A model generated the notes under the pieces. It worked only from the letters and a program-made list of their open reading frames with translations. It ran no database searches and was not told the DNA's origin. The translations under genes were made by a program, and so were the position numbers. A stretch of 64,000 bases of DNA. It comes from Octopus sinensis (lineage: Eukaryota). The stretch lies in the NCBI RefSeq assembly GCF_006345805.1, contig NC_043000.1, forward strand, positions 83,018,001 to 83,082,000, written 5' to 3'. Within the stretch, counting starts at the first letter, position 1. Every line of letters starts with the position of its first letter. Below are positions 1 to 13,328 of the stretch, piece by piece.

Positions 1-64
1 AATTACAAGGATGTAAACCAACACCGGTTGTCAAGTGGTAATGGGAGGACAAGCACAAACACCC

Positions 65-103
<39 letters not shown>

Positions 104-470
104 GACAGGCTTCTTTCAGTTTCTGTCTACCAAATCCATATATATACATATATGTATATTCTTTTCTAATCTAAGTACAAGGCCCAAAATTTTGAGGGAG
201 GGAGCCAATCGATTAGCTCGACCCAAGTACACAACTGGTACTTAATTTATTGACCCCGAAAGGATGAAAGGCAAAGTTGATCTTGGTGGAATTCAAACAA
301 TATATATATATTACACAATGATTTGGTGTGTTTATGTCCCTGTAACTAGCAGTTTGACAAAAGATGCTGATAGAATAAGTGCCATATTAAGAAAAATAAG
401 TAATGGGGCCAATTCATTTGACTAAAAATTCTTCATGGCCATGGTCTAATGACTGAAACATGTAAAATAG
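1..470. repeat. Cluster of SINE fragments
   Basis: Motifs recurring across the window: ttctttcagtttctgtctaccaaatcca; gaccccgaaaggatgaaaggcaaagttga; gaataagt...aatgactgaaac. Confidence 0.75.
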
Positions 471-619
471 AAAATATACTTATATGTATATCATATATGT
501 GCATAGTTATGCAAAAAAAGTTCACTTTGCAGCCATGCTGTTCTGAATTCAGTCCCATTGCATGATATTACTATAACTATTGCTATTGCTCTTGCCACCA
601 TCATTATCCCCACCATCAC

Positions 620-1570
620 ACTTTTATTGCTCTTATTCTATACTTGCATGGGTTGGGTGGCTCCTTTCCAATACAATACCTCACCATGTGTTGTATTCTT
701 TTGCCATCTCTTTTGTTAGATTCAGCATTCTGAAATCAGTTTTCATCACACATACCCACATTCTCCATGGTTTTCCCTCTTTCAGTTTCCTTCCACATGA
801 CTCTCCTGCAAATTTTTACCTCAAGAGTTATCATCCATGTTCTTTATATGTCCCTACCCATGCAGTTTTATCTCTTCTTCCTGATTCCTTTTATGCCTAG
901 TTTATCTTTCAGCTTATCTGTACCGTGTCATTTATGCATACTAACATTACACATCCATCAGAGCATGCTTATGTCATTTCTCTCCAACCTTCATATATTC
1001 ACTGAATTCAATGGTCACATCTCACTACCATGTGGCATCACACTTTTTTTAGATATAGTGTGCAATCAATCATTTATTTAAAGAGAAAATCCTCTTGTTG
1101 CCAGCCTAGGTAATAACTTCCTGAACATTTTCCACTCAGTTATTTTTCTGGCTACTATGCTTTCAGCACAATCTTTCATAGCTGATTGGGCTGCATAGAT
1201 AACAAAGCTGCCAACTACTTCTGTAGAGCCTTCAAAGCATTAAAAAGGAGTTACATTACTGACTACTAATTACTTCTATACATCTACTACAACAGCTAGT
1301 TTGTGATCTTAGTGCACCCACTTCACAGTGTACACCACAGAAGTTACTACCTACTACTTTTTGCATCATGAACATATTTGAAGAATCTTGTCTGCTTTCC
1401 TACTTACTAAAACTTTGCTCTTTATCAAGTTTACCCCAAGGCCTCTCAATTCAGGTTTTTGTTTCTGTATATAGAAGTTCATTGCTGAGTTTTTCACAGA
1501 CTCTGCTATAAGGACATTAGTATATAGGACAGCTGGCCTCAAACTGCTCTGTTATAACCTGGAGAACTCT
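620..1570 (-). mobile_element. Highly decayed RTE LINE 3' fragment
   Basis: Recognisable similarity to the RT C-terminal region of the other RTE copies (e.g. ctaacattacacatccatcagagcatgct, ctaccatgtggcat). Confidence 0.6.
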
Positions 1571-1847
1571 AATAAAATTGTATGTGTACATGTATGTTCA
1601 TGTATGTGTGTATGGATTTGTACATGCCTGTGTTTATGATTATACCAATCTACAAAGAAAGCTGGCATTGTTTATGTTATATCCTTTTATGTTCAATAAC
1701 TTTATGCATTGACAAGGTTTAATAAAATAAGTCCAAAACTGAAGACAGTACTTCAGCATTACTGTAGTCCAATCACTAGAAATACTAAAAGATGAAAAGA
1801 ATAAAGTAATATACATGTGTACATATAAGTGGCTATGAATTTTATAC

Positions 1848-2048
1848 CTTTAAATAGTGTCCATTCATATATAATATTTCAATAAGTGACTGGAGAGAAA
1901 AGATAAGTTGTCTACTAGGACATCGATAGTGATCAGAAAATAAATGCATATCAGGGATGATATCTTGAGTCAGAAAATTATCACCTACATTGTACATAGC
2001 AAATTTTATATCAACATTTGGATGTTGCAAGGAACCACAGAAAATTGC
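1848..2048 (-). CDS. CFAP54: CFAP54-like exon (most 3' exon found), AIFCGSLQHP...IIPDMHLFSDHYR...NGHYLK
   Basis: ctttatttcAG|...AAG|GTAT; 201 nt, phase 0/0; matches recalled LPHP...LLPGIELFSDRYR. The gene continues beyond position 1. Confidence 0.92.
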
Positions 2049-3029
2049 CTGAAATAAAGAAAGAAAGAAATCAAAACCATGCCTTGTGAAAAGAATGAGT
2101 TGTTATATTTGGAAATTTTTTTTAAATGGCTGGATGCTGAAATCTATGAATATATGTGAAGGCACAAGACTTTTAAACAGACTAAAGCAGTGGTACACAT
2201 AACTGCAATCAATACATTTGTTATTACTGAATTTATAACTGTTAAGATTGCACAGTCTAGTAAATTAGTGCTTCAGTCTACTATTACCAAATATATTTGA
2301 AATGTAGTTGTTATAAAGTAGAAATGCATTTGAACATAAAGTAATTCTTTTTATTTGTCATTAACAAATTCTGTTTTAGGCATAGATGACTGAATAAGCA
2401 CTGAAAAATGAAAGATTCTATATTAGCAAGATGACAATTTGAAAGCAGTTGTTTGGAGAACTACATCTATAATACTGATAAAGAAATTCTTTCCCAATGT
2501 ATATACCAAGAGTATTATACAATACTGCAATAAAATATGGACAGTAAGAATCTTTAATGACTTGGAAATACCTCAGTATGATTTACTAAATGTACAATAG
2601 GTACTTTGAAGAAAACTAAAGAAAGGCTTAGTACATGCCTTTATGAATTATAAATACATTATCTCCTTATATCATTTATTGGCTGGACTATCAGATGTTC
2701 TTATACATCACTGGTCACAAAGCACTTTCATCCTTCCCTTAATTGGGCTCTTCTATTCTTCTTGAGCCTAAATTATTTGATTATGCCATCTTCCTATAAT
2801 CTTGGAGGTCTTCTGATATCTTAAATCAGTTTTAAAGCAGTCTCATTTTCACCGATTAGGTAGTCCTCAGTCTCTCTTTTGCCTATCACTGTGATCCCAT
2901 CTTTGTTCTTGAATGCTGTCACCTCCAATTCATGTAAATTTATATTTGAAACTGATGAAAGGAAATAAAGCCTCTGGAAAGGATGGTATAACAATGGAAA
3001 TGTTGAGGGTGGAAAATAATTACTGTAGA

Positions 3030-3455
3030 AAATCCTTGCACACTAAGTTATAATGTTCTCAGTCACTTCTGTTGTTTATAGCAGTGCTTGAAAGTAAAGT
3101 GAGTAAAGTGTGGTCATCTCAGAAAGAACATTGGGTTTCAACTGTGCAGGATCTCCTTGACTGTGTTGAGGAAGATGATAATGTTTTGAAAACAGTCATA
3201 ACAGGTGACAAATCATGAATCTATAGCTATGACCCTGAAACCAAAGTTCAGTCTTCATAATGGAAGAACCCAACAAGATTTCAAAATATCAAGGAAATCT
3301 AAAAGAATGCAACAAGGCAGCTGCTTGTTATTCCTAAAAAGGAGTTTCATCAATGGAAATGCCTCTAGATGGTTTTGAAAAGGATTAAATGCCGAATCAA
3401 TATGTGTTATAGTTTTCTTTTTACAACAATAGTCCCAATAATTTTTGACCTTGTA
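3030..3455 (+). mobile_element. Mariner fragment
   Basis: VITGDKS*IYSYDPETKVQS motif. Confidence 0.65.
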
Positions 3456-3567
3456 TACATTATTACATGTATATCATTATATATATTATCATATGTATCA
3501 TCTATGTTATTATTATTTCAAACATATATAATTTAACTATTGTATAGAATTAATATATATATATATA

Positions 3568-3799
3568 CTTTATTTAAGGCAGCAGAAAATTCAACAAAAC
3601 CTGTTACTCTGAGTTTCCCATTGCCGTTCATCAGACAGTTTTTGCAATTCTAGCAAAAACTGTCCGATGAACGGCAATGGGAAACTCAGAGTAACAGGTT
3701 TTGTTGAATTTTCTGCTGCTTTAAATAAAGCATATTACTCTACCACTGGTATTTGAGTACTCTTTTTTCCACCTTGTTTCACATTTATGTGTTTACTCT

Positions 3800-3801
<2 letters not shown>
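3568..3801. mobile_element. Penelope-type pseudo-LTR remnant in inverted arrangement, flanked by (TA)n
   Basis: 78-bp arms 3568-3645 and 3653-3730 with 2 mismatches and a 7-nt loop; each arm carries a hammerhead-like core. Confidence 0.7.
3596..3642 (-). ncRNA. Type I hammerhead-ribozyme-like motif
   Basis: Minus strand reads CUGU-CUGAUGA-ACGGCAAUGG-GAA-ACUCAGAGU-A-ACAG: helix I CUGU/ACAG, intact CUGAUGA and GAAA, palindromic helix III ACUC-A-GAGU, GUA cleavage triplet; helix II weak. Confidence 0.65.
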
Positions 3802-3868
<67 letters not shown>

Positions 3869-4010
3869 CCATATAATAGTTAAATTTCATGAAATGATCC
3901 TTCAGTGTAATTACAACCATTCTTATGTAAAAATAACATTTATTCCCACACAAATCCACAAATTTCAGAAAAACATGTTATATGGCTTGTTAAATAGTTA
4001 CACAACCTAC

Positions 4011-4077
4011 CTTGTACATATGATAAGCTAAGAAGCAGAACTCCAACTGAAGACTGGTGTCAGTTACTATACAGTAT
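4011..4077 (-). CDS. CFAP54: CFAP54-like exon, YCIVTDTSLQLEFCFLAYHMYK
   Basis: aatctacAG|...AAG|GTAGG; 67 nt, phase 2/0, bridges the flanking exons exactly. Confidence 0.88.
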
Positions 4078-4934
4078 CTGTAGATTAAGAGCAATAGCCA
4101 AAATTTTAGAAGTTACATAGTCATAATTACAAAGTAACAATCTGAAGCTGTTCAAGTTTTTAAGAGTGAAAATTAGAAAATGTAACAATTTCTGTTGTTA
4201 AAATACTACCAATTCAGTTGTAGAAACAGAATTCTTTGATGATGGTTACTTGGAAATAGAGAATACAGTTGGTACATGCATGAATGGCAAAATGGATTAG
4301 AGTGTTATTAGTCTTAGTTTCTCAAAATCTATATTCAGAAATAAGCTTAATGATCATCAAAGATCAGACTGATTGAAACAGAGTGTATTTGTAAATATTA
4401 AAAGTTTTTTCATCTCTGAAGATGAAGCTAATAATTTGAAAGATTATTTCCAAACTCTCCCATGTTGACAGAGTGATGCACCTGATATGTAGCCTGAAGT
4501 GAAAGTCTAAAGGAAATACATTGCAAGAATCCAAACCAAACTCCATTTCCTTCTCCAACCATACAGTAAACTTTGCTTCAGGATTTCATGAAACAAATGA
4601 TGGCATTAAACTTGCCAGCTTGTTAGAGATCAAATATTGTGGGCCTATAAAATCATTTGAAACAAAAATACATTTTATAAGAAAAAATAAACATCTGTAA
4701 GAAGTAAATGAAAATGCTATTGTTTCTAAACTTAATTTTTAATTAAAAAAGTTGGGTTGTCATCATTAAAATTTATTTTAATAAGCTAAGGGAAAAAGAG
4801 CAGGGCTGATGATCTTTGCAAGCTCTCCAAGACAATTTAGAATAACGAACCTGCTGTACAGTCTGAAAACATGAGAAGGCAAATGTCTGAAAGGAATATC
4901 TAAATGGGGAAGTAATTTGGAGCAAATGGTGATA

Positions 4935-5162
4935 TCAACCCTTTAACATTTAAATCAATAATATCCAGCCCAAATATTTTGCCTGTCTTGCATTCAAACT
5001 AGCCAGATTTGGCCTTTCACTCCTACCTTACAATGTAATTCTAAAATTAAACAATCACACCATCAAAATCCCCAAACTATGAAATAATGCACAATTAATT
5101 CAAAACAGTGTGAATGCATAATCATTGCATTTGGCAGATTAATCTAAACACTAAAGGGTTAA
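4935..5162. mobile_element. TTAA-flanked MITE (CCCTTTA...TAAAGGG)
   Basis: Short TIRs with TCAA/TTAA flanks; reverse-complement homolog at 54191-54420. Confidence 0.75.
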
Positions 5163-5301
5163 ACTGGGTAAACATGTGAGGCCTCCCTTGTGGTAAATTT
5201 TTAGGTAGATTTAAAAAAAAAAGAGTTAGAAAAAGAATATTCAATTCTATACGAAACATAAAGGACATATTGATAGCCATTCAGCAAATCTTTATGATTA
5301 C

Positions 5302-5472
5302 CTTGCAATGAATACTGCAACAGTGCCTCCAAGGAGACAACCCCAGATTCCACAGGTCTTCAATAAGTGAGCATCAGTATCATCTTGGTAGACACTTCTC
5401 CATTTGTTTACAGATTTTTTGTTTAATCGAAGAATTAGTTCAAGAGAATTATTCCAAGATTGGAAAGCTGCT
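5302..5472 (-). CDS. CFAP54: CFAP54-like exon, AAFQSWNNSLE...CGIWGCLLGGTVAVFIA
   Basis: ctactAG|...AG|GTAAT; 171 nt, phase 2/2; matches recalled AAFKCW...GIWGCLQGAVISAKIA. Confidence 0.92.
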
Positions 5473-5921
5473 CTAGTAGACAATTCACAGAAAGGTATTA
5501 TTATTAAAAAAAAATGCAAAAACATGTCATTTATTTGCTGTCTAGTTTCTTTTAACAAATATTTTATTTAAAAACAGCTTAGATACAGTCCCAAAGTAGT
5601 GGGGAGAAGGAAAACTAATATTTAATTTTCCTTTTTTCACTTTTGCACTTTCAGTCATTGGACTATAGCCATGTTGGGATACCACATTGAAAGGTTATTT
5701 TTTTAGTTGAACAAGTCAACCCCAGTACTTACTCTTTAAAGCCTAGTTCTTAATCTATTGAAATTTATTTTACCAAAGTGCTAAGTTATAGGAACATAAA
5801 CAAACCAACATTAGTTGTCATGCAGTGGAGGTAAGGATAAACTCAGACACAAACACACATATATACACGACAGGCTTCCAAACAGTTCCCATTTACCAAA
5901 TTCACTCACGAGGCATCAGTT

Positions 5922-8917
5922 TAATAACACTGTATGACTGGGGTTCGTACAGTACCAGATAGAAACATCCTCTTGACAACTTCAGAATATAATAATATCT
6001 GTCAGAGCAATAACCCTCATACAAAGACAGATACAAGAGTGGCAAAAGATGATTTTATAACAGTGGCGACAAGGATAAACAATTCATGTAGAGTTAATAG
6101 AAACTCGAAGAGGATTTAAACAACTCATGAGAAATTGATAAACTCAACGAAGATTAGTCAATTCATGTGGAGTTAATAGAAACTCATTGAGGAGTTAACA
6201 AACTCACAAAGTTCTTGTGTAAATTTTATGAAAAATTGTAAAATCATGGAAGATTTATTAGCCGATTTGCTTGAGTGGTAAAAACAACAGCAGTTGAAAG
6301 AACAACAACAGCAGATACAACTGCAAGAGCAACAACAATTAATATTACAGCAACAAGTGCGGCAATTACTGAAGTTGTCAGGAAAGCCAGAAAAAGTGTT
6401 GTTGCGAGACTAAGTTGCGAATTCAATAACTGAATTCAAATACAAACTTGATGAAGGAGTTACCTTCAAAGCATACTACAGAAGGTAAGAACAAATCTTT
6501 GAGGAAGAATGTAAAGATTGGGATGACAAGATAAAAACTCATTTAATCTTGAGAAAACTGGTACCAGCAAAACATGAATGATACAGTAATTTTGTACTCC
6601 CAAGAAAACCATCAAACAAAGTTTAGTGATACAATAGATATATTGTGTAAGATTTTCAATGAAAAAAGCTCCTTGTTCAGCACACAGTAGAAGTATCTGA
6701 ACATAGAGGAAAATAGTAATAAGGACTACATTACATATGTTGGTAGAGTAAACAGGGAACGCGAGAAGTTTAAGCTGGATGAATTAACTCCAGATATCTT
6801 CAAATGCCTGATTTTTACACAAGGACTAATTGCTGAAAAAGATGCAGAAATCAGAACTAGAATTCTTGCAAAGCTGGAGCAAAGCCAGGATGTAACCCTG
6901 CATAAGGATAACTAAATTAAAACACAACACAGAGGAAGTTGAACATAAAGATGGTTTCCAAGTAAAACCAGTGCGGAAGAGTCTGAATTGAGATAAAATG
7001 TTTTCTAAAAAGCACGACAAACATCAGGATATAAACCCATATTTTGCATGTGATGCACCTGAGGAAAAATTGTCCAGTTAAAAAGTGGAGTGTTTTCATT
7101 GTGGAAATATAGGACATATAAAGTTGCAATGTAAAATGAAAATGACAAAACGTCAGAACAATGAAAAATAAAATAGTATACCATTGGGAACAGAAAATTC
7201 ATACATGTGAAAATTAAAAATACAAATGTAAAATTGAAGTTCAACACAGGGAGTGATGTGACTATTATAAACGAAAATATGTGGAAACATATCGGTAAGC
7301 TGAAATTAATTAAATCTAAAAAGGTAGCATATGGTATTATGAGAAAAAAATTATATTTTATCAGTGAATGTGTGTGTAACATAACATTTCAAGGTAAAAC
7401 AAAAAAGGCTAAAGGCTAAGATGTATGTATTAAAACATTCACTTAATCTATTTGGCACAGAGTGGACAGAATTATTCAATTTATGGAATACATCAATAAG
7501 TGTTTTGTGTAGAAATATAGTTGCTTCAGTCAAAGGTTCAAATGAGGCCGAAAGATTGAAACAAAAAATTGCAGTAAAACACAATACACCTGTATGCAAG
7601 CCAAAATGAAATGAAAAATTGTCCGCAATAAAAGGTAAACATTGTTCAAAAGTAGATGTTCCATGGTTGAGACTATACATCGATGTAGTGAGTCCTTTAA
7701 ATGGTTCTTACTACTTAGTGGCAGTTGATAGTTTTTCAAAATGGCCTGAAATTGTGTTAAAGACCAACTTCTCAACTGTGATAAATTTTTCACACATATT
7801 GTTTGCAAGATTTGGCATCCCACTCAAGATAGTGTTTGACGATGGAAAACAATTTGTGTCAAGTAGATTTTTTTAATTTTGTGAAATGTTTGTAGTAGAA
7901 CATATAACTACAGTGCCATATCATCCCAGATCAAATGGACAGGCAGAACACTTTGTTGATACTTTCAAAAGAGCTTTAAGAAAAGCAAATAAGGAAAGCA
8001 TGGATGAGGTAGCTTTTCAACAATTTTTAAGAGTGTACCATGTAACATCAAATCCGAATACACCAGCAGGTAGCTCACCAGTGGCGCTGATGTTTGCAAG
8101 GAAAGTAAAGTCAGTTTTTTTATAAATTGCTACCTAGCAAGAAAAGAAAAAGTGCCAGGGAAGACATAGCAGGATTTTTTAAAGTTGGTGACAAGGTGTA
8201 TCTGAGGACATACACAAACAGAAAGCAGAACTGGGAAGAGAGTGAAATAATTAATACATGGGTAAAATGATGTATTGGGTAAAAAGTAGAAAAGGCATAC
8301 AAAAAAGGCACAGGAACCAACTGAAAAAGGGAGTTACGGAAAGTGAACCAAAGAAGTTAGAGGAACCTATGGAATAGTTGTACAATACATTCCAAGTACC
8401 AGTGCCACTGCAAGTGATTGAACTCAGGTGTACAAGTGAAGGAAAAGAAAACATACAGAGTTCCTGAAAATAGATGCCAAGGGAAAAAAATATTGAATTG
8501 TACAAAACAAAAACCTCAAAATAGGGAGATGGGGTGAATAAAAATATTATCGCTAAATAAAATGATACTTCCTAAGAAAAACTTAAAAGGGGAGATGTTG
8601 TAGAGAATTAGTAATGATGGTAAACCCCTCCCAAGTGACAAGTGATATGAGTTAGTCACTATAAATAGGAGAATACATAGAGTATGTGTAGACTGTGTTG
8701 ATATTCATGTATGTGCTGATATAGCAATTATACTGTGGTACCGAGTGGATGCTATAATGATCCAACCTTTTGAGGATAATAACGCTGTATGACTGGGGTT
8801 CATACAGTAACAGATAGAACCATCCTATCGATGACTTCGGAATATGACAATATTTGTCAGATTAACAACCATCGTACAAAGACAGATACAACAGTGGCAA
8901 AAGACTGCTTTATAACA
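5922..8917 (+). mobile_element. Decayed Gypsy LTR retrotransposon lacking RT/RNase H
   Basis: Partial 5' LTR 5922-6062, then PBS TGGCGACAAGGAT (near complement of tRNA-Ser(GCU) 3' end); gag knuckle CFHCGNIGH; protease FNTGSDVTII; integrase VDSFSKWPE and PYHPRSNGQAE; PPT aaaaggggaga; 3' LTR 8596-8917 TG...CA. Confidence 0.9.
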
Positions 8918-9555
8918 TACATACAACCTTTGAGTATTAAAAGTAAGTGTTACTTTCTGAGAAATACACTAATCTTACACTACAAGCAAAGAGTGCTGAG
9001 TTAAGGCTATGAGTTTATAGCCCAAGTGTGTGTGTCTGTCTGTGCTTTGTTTGTCTCCCATCACTGCTTGACAACTAGTGTTGGTTTATTTACATCCCTG
9101 TAACTTAGCAGTTCAGCAAAAGAAACTGACAGAAAGTACTAGGTTTAAAAAAAATAAGATCTGGGGTTCATTTACTTGACTAAACCTTTTGATGCAGTGC
9201 CCCAGCATGGATGCAGTGCAATGACTGAAACAAATAAAAGATAAAAAAGAAATACTAAATGACTTAAGAAAATTTGATTAATTCAAAGTGATATATTATC
9301 TTTAATCTTTTCCTTGTTTGAGTCATTTGACTGCAGTTATGCTGGGGCACTGCCTTGAAGAATTTTATAGTAGAGGACAGTTGCCCAAGGTGTCACACAG
9401 TGGGACTGAACCTGGAACCATGTGGTTGGGAAGCAAGCTTCTTATCACAGTCACACCTGCACCTATATCATTACTACTAAATAATAATATACTTTTAAAA
9501 AAGAGTTCTCAGCTAGAGGAGGACATAAATTCAAAGAATTTTCATGAAGACTTAC

Positions 9556-9643
9556 TTCCTATCTCCAGATACCAATTGGACGTGACCCATCTCAGATAAC
9601 AATTGGGCAGCAAGATCCTTCTCATTTTTATGCAATAAAAGTT
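9556..9643 (-). CDS. CFAP54: CFAP54-like exon, LLLHKNEKDLAAQLLSEMGHVQLVSGDR
   Basis: ttttaccttcAG|...AA|GTAAG; 88 nt, phase 1/2; resembles recalled VLQASNQRSLKVQALHSLG. Confidence 0.88.
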
Positions 9644-10030
9644 CTGAAGGTAAAAAAACATTGTAAGTCATATAAAAATTAATTATAAAAATAAAATCAA
9701 TCTATATTCTAGAGGAAAATAAACTAAATTTCTTTACTTGATATATAAAATTGTATCACATTAGCCTTTAATGCTCATAGACATAGAGCAAATGAGACCA
9801 AATAAACTTCTTTGGAGTAGGACAGTAGGCAGGTAGGCATAAGTAACATTCCCATAAAAACTGGTGATGCTAAGTTTTAACAGAGAAGTTAACTGAAGCA
9901 TATAGAAATAAATGTTCTGGCAAGAGACAATAAAACACAGCAGTGGATATGAACTAACTCTCAATGGACAATTTGCATTGCCCGAGAGGGAGCACACACA
10001 AACACATGTATTAATGTGTATGTCTATTTA

Positions 10031-11253
10031 TAAAGGATGCATCAGTTTTTTGAGGATACCTCTATCAAGAACTTTCTTCTAACTTGTTTTTTGTCTTACT
10101 TTGCAGATAAATGCCAGTTAACTCAGCAAATAAAAAGACACACAATAATTGTTGCCTTAAAAACACCACATAGTGATACAGAGATAGCTCGTTACCAGAA
10201 AGTTGCCCGATCCTTTATTGTCAAAGTCTAAAGGAAGCTGAAAGCCACTAATAGGAATCCAATAAAAGCAGCCAAGTGCAAAACATGCACATAATCCTAA
10301 TACTACCTAATACAAAATGTCCAAGAAATAATCAACAAAACTCTAGAAAGCCAATCAAAGCCATTGCAAAGGACTCCAAGGTTTCGGAATGCATCATCAG
10401 AAGAGTTCTGCATAAGAGTATATGGTACAAGTCATGTGATATAGAGGGGTCAGATTATGGTTGAATGTGGCAAGAAAGAATCATTTGATCTGTGCAAAGC
10501 ACTTGTTAAACAAGTGAAAACACAAAAGGCTGGAATGCTTTGGTTTTTCTCCAATGAGAAAAACTTTGATCATTTCCAAAAGATAAACTGAAAGAACAAT
10601 AGATAGTTATGCAGGGACCTGAATGAGGTTCCAACAGTTATGCATATTAAGTTCCCAGCAATCATGATGGTTCTAGGAATCATCAGCAACGAGGGAGGTG
10701 TCATAACTCCTCACTCTCTTCACAAGGCTTAACAGTCAATGCCATTGTCTACAGAGAGGTACTGCAGAAAGTTGTGAGACCATAGACAGACAGACTATGA
10801 AATGGAGGACCATATGTCTTCCAACAAAACTCTGCACTGTCTCACAAGGCTAGGATAACCCAACTGTGGATGTGTGCCAATCTCTAAGATCCTGTTCTTC
10901 CAGACACATGACCGCCTAGCTTGCCAGACCTCAATCCATTGGACTATTACATATTGGTTGTAGTCAAGAGGGAGGTCAATCAATATCCTCATAACACTAT
11001 ACCATCTCTCAAGTCTGCCAAAGTCAGTACTATGTCCAAAATTGATAATGGTGATCTTATTCAGGCATGTCAACTCTTCCAATCTTATATTGAAGCAGCC
11101 ATTGATGCTAACAGTGGATTCATTGAATAGGTGTAATAAAAGTATTCTCAGGATTATTTGTACCAATTTCTTTTTAAATACAGCCTTTCTTTGATGAGCT
11201 ATGTGTCTTTTTCTAAATTCATACAAATGACCTTAGAAAAGAGATGCACCATA
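10031..11253 (+). mobile_element. maT-like (DD37D) transposon, decayed, second family
   Basis: WFFSNEKNF, FQQNSALSH, PDLNPLDYY; weak TIRs (ggatgcatc / gatgcacc). Confidence 0.8.
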
Positions 11254-12053
11254 TTTGTTTGTTTGTTTGTTTGTTTGTTGTTTGTTGTTTGTATGTATGT
11301 ATGTATGTATGTATGTATGTATGTATGTGTGTGCATGTGTGTGTGAGTGTGTGTGTGTATGTGTGTGTGTGTGTATGTGTGGATGGATGGATGGATGGAT
11401 GGAAATAAGCTCTCATCAAACCTTCCCCAACAACTCATTTTCCATTGCTCCATCAACCTTCAAACTGTTGTACTACTCATTCAGGTGGAATGTACGATAC
11501 CATTTATCCTTTTACACTTTACATTGCATTGTCTCCCTATCACTGACCCTCATCATCTCCTCCACCTTCATGACTCATTCATATTTCCTTCACTTTCTAC
11601 ATAACTTTCCTACATTGCAAAGTTTGTCCTGGTAGGATTTAAGGTCAGAACTGAAAGTTACTACTGTGGCAACATATATTGTTGCAACTATCTGGAAAAT
11701 TTCCCCAACAATCATGATACAAGCCTAGTACTTATGTAAGTGTGGGAGATGAGATGTTGTAGTATTAAAGAATTTTTCAGTAATACTAACAGGCTTCAAC
11801 TGGAAAATGAAACAGGATCAAAGGCTTGGTTAACTGAGAGCTATGGTATCCCTAAATAATAGTGAGTAGATGTGGTTAAGTGTGTATGAAGGATACTATG
11901 GCTTTTACAGTTTAAGATATTTCAATAGTAAAATAAATCAAATTTCTACATTATTTACAATGAAGAAGTTAATGGTAATGGCATATTACGAATATGATAA
12001 CAATATCTAATAGAGAGTGCAGAAGAAGGGTGTTAATGAATGATCCAACATAC

Positions 12054-12242
12054 CTATGGTTTGTGAATATGATGTAATGACAGTGTCACTTAAGTTACTT
12101 GCATCAAAGCAGGATATTGTATCAGTAGGTGAGTCGAAATTTAAATGAAGATCAGGTGAAGGTAATGGCTCTAAAATATTTTCCAGAAATACATGTGGAC
12201 ATTTTATTTCAATTTCCTCTCCAGTTACCCTGCTGCTCTGTG
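12054..12242 (-). CDS. CFAP54: CFAP54-like exon, QSSRVTGEEIEIKCPH...SDTVITSYSQTI
   Basis: ttttttccAG|...ATAG|GTATG; 189 nt, phase 1/1, open frame. Confidence 0.8.
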
Positions 12243-12441
12243 CTGGAAAAAAAATAATCATCATCATCATTGGTGGAGGCAGGGCTAGTCAATTATATTG
12301 ACCCCGGTCCTCAACTGAAATTTATTTTATCAACCCGAAGAGGATAAAAAACACTTCATTTGCATCTTCAAAATATACCATAAATGTTGAACTATATAAC
12401 TGATCCAGAGATGTTCTTAATAAAGGTATATCTAGTATATA

Positions 12442-13328
12442 TGAGGTGGTATCAAAAAGTTCCCAGACTAGTTCTGTAGCATGCCAACAGATGGCAGCAT
12501 ATGGTTGTGTGCACAGTGAGAGCTAATAGTGACCTTCATGAGGCAGTGTGCCAAGTGACATTGCTGCATGAAAATTTGTGCTTTTGTGATCATGTGTATG
12601 CTGTAGTCTGTGATTTTGTTATGGACAAGAACAAAGGGTCAACATGAAATTTTGCGTTAAGCTTGGGCAGTCTGCTACAGAGACATTGATCATGCTTCAA
12701 CAAGCTTACAGTAATGTGGCAATGGGTTGTACGTAATGTATTGAATGGCACAAGCACTTCAAAAGCAAAAGAAAGTCCTTGGAAAGTGATGAATGATCTG
12801 TCAAAAGTGTCACCTCTGGAAATGTGGTATTGTGCATTGAGAATTTATCCCCAGGGCCAGACTGTCAATCAAGTGTTCTACTGTAATGTTTTAAAGCATT
12901 TGAGGGAGGACATTTGGTGAAAGCAACTGGATCCGTAGAGTAAAAAGAATAGGATTCTTCATGATGACAATGCACCCTGTCACTGAGCTCTCCTCACTTG
13001 AGAGTTTCTCACCCAAAACAACATGGTATTGCTTCCGCACCCATCCAATTCACCAGATTTAGTACCTGCAGACTTCCATCACTTCCCCAAGATGAAAATG
13101 TAGCTCAAAGGTCCCTGTTTTAACACCATTGTCAAGATGCAGAGTAAATCACAGAAGGTCCTCAACTCATTTACGGAAAACGACTGCCAGGCTGGATTCC
13201 AAAAGTGGCAGGAATGTGTATTGCTGCACAAGGTGACTATTTCAAAGGAGATAATGTAAAAACTTAGATAAATAAGTTATTTTTTTTATTAAACATAACT
13301 AGTCCAGGAACCTTTTGACACCACCTCA
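12442..13328 (+). mobile_element. Mariner transposon, internally deleted
   Basis: TIRs tgaggtggtatcaaaaagttcc and ggaaccttttgacaccacctca; LHDDNAP and SPDLVPAD remnants. Confidence 0.85.

Noticed and set aside
4364-4645. Minus ORF and an apparent acceptor near 4645
   Set aside because: The 67-nt exon at 4011-4077 already provides the correct bridge; no homology recognised.
11158-11635. Low-complexity ORFs (YIYI, CVCV, THTH, ERER, LSLS) here and elsewhere
   Set aside because: Translations of microsatellites.
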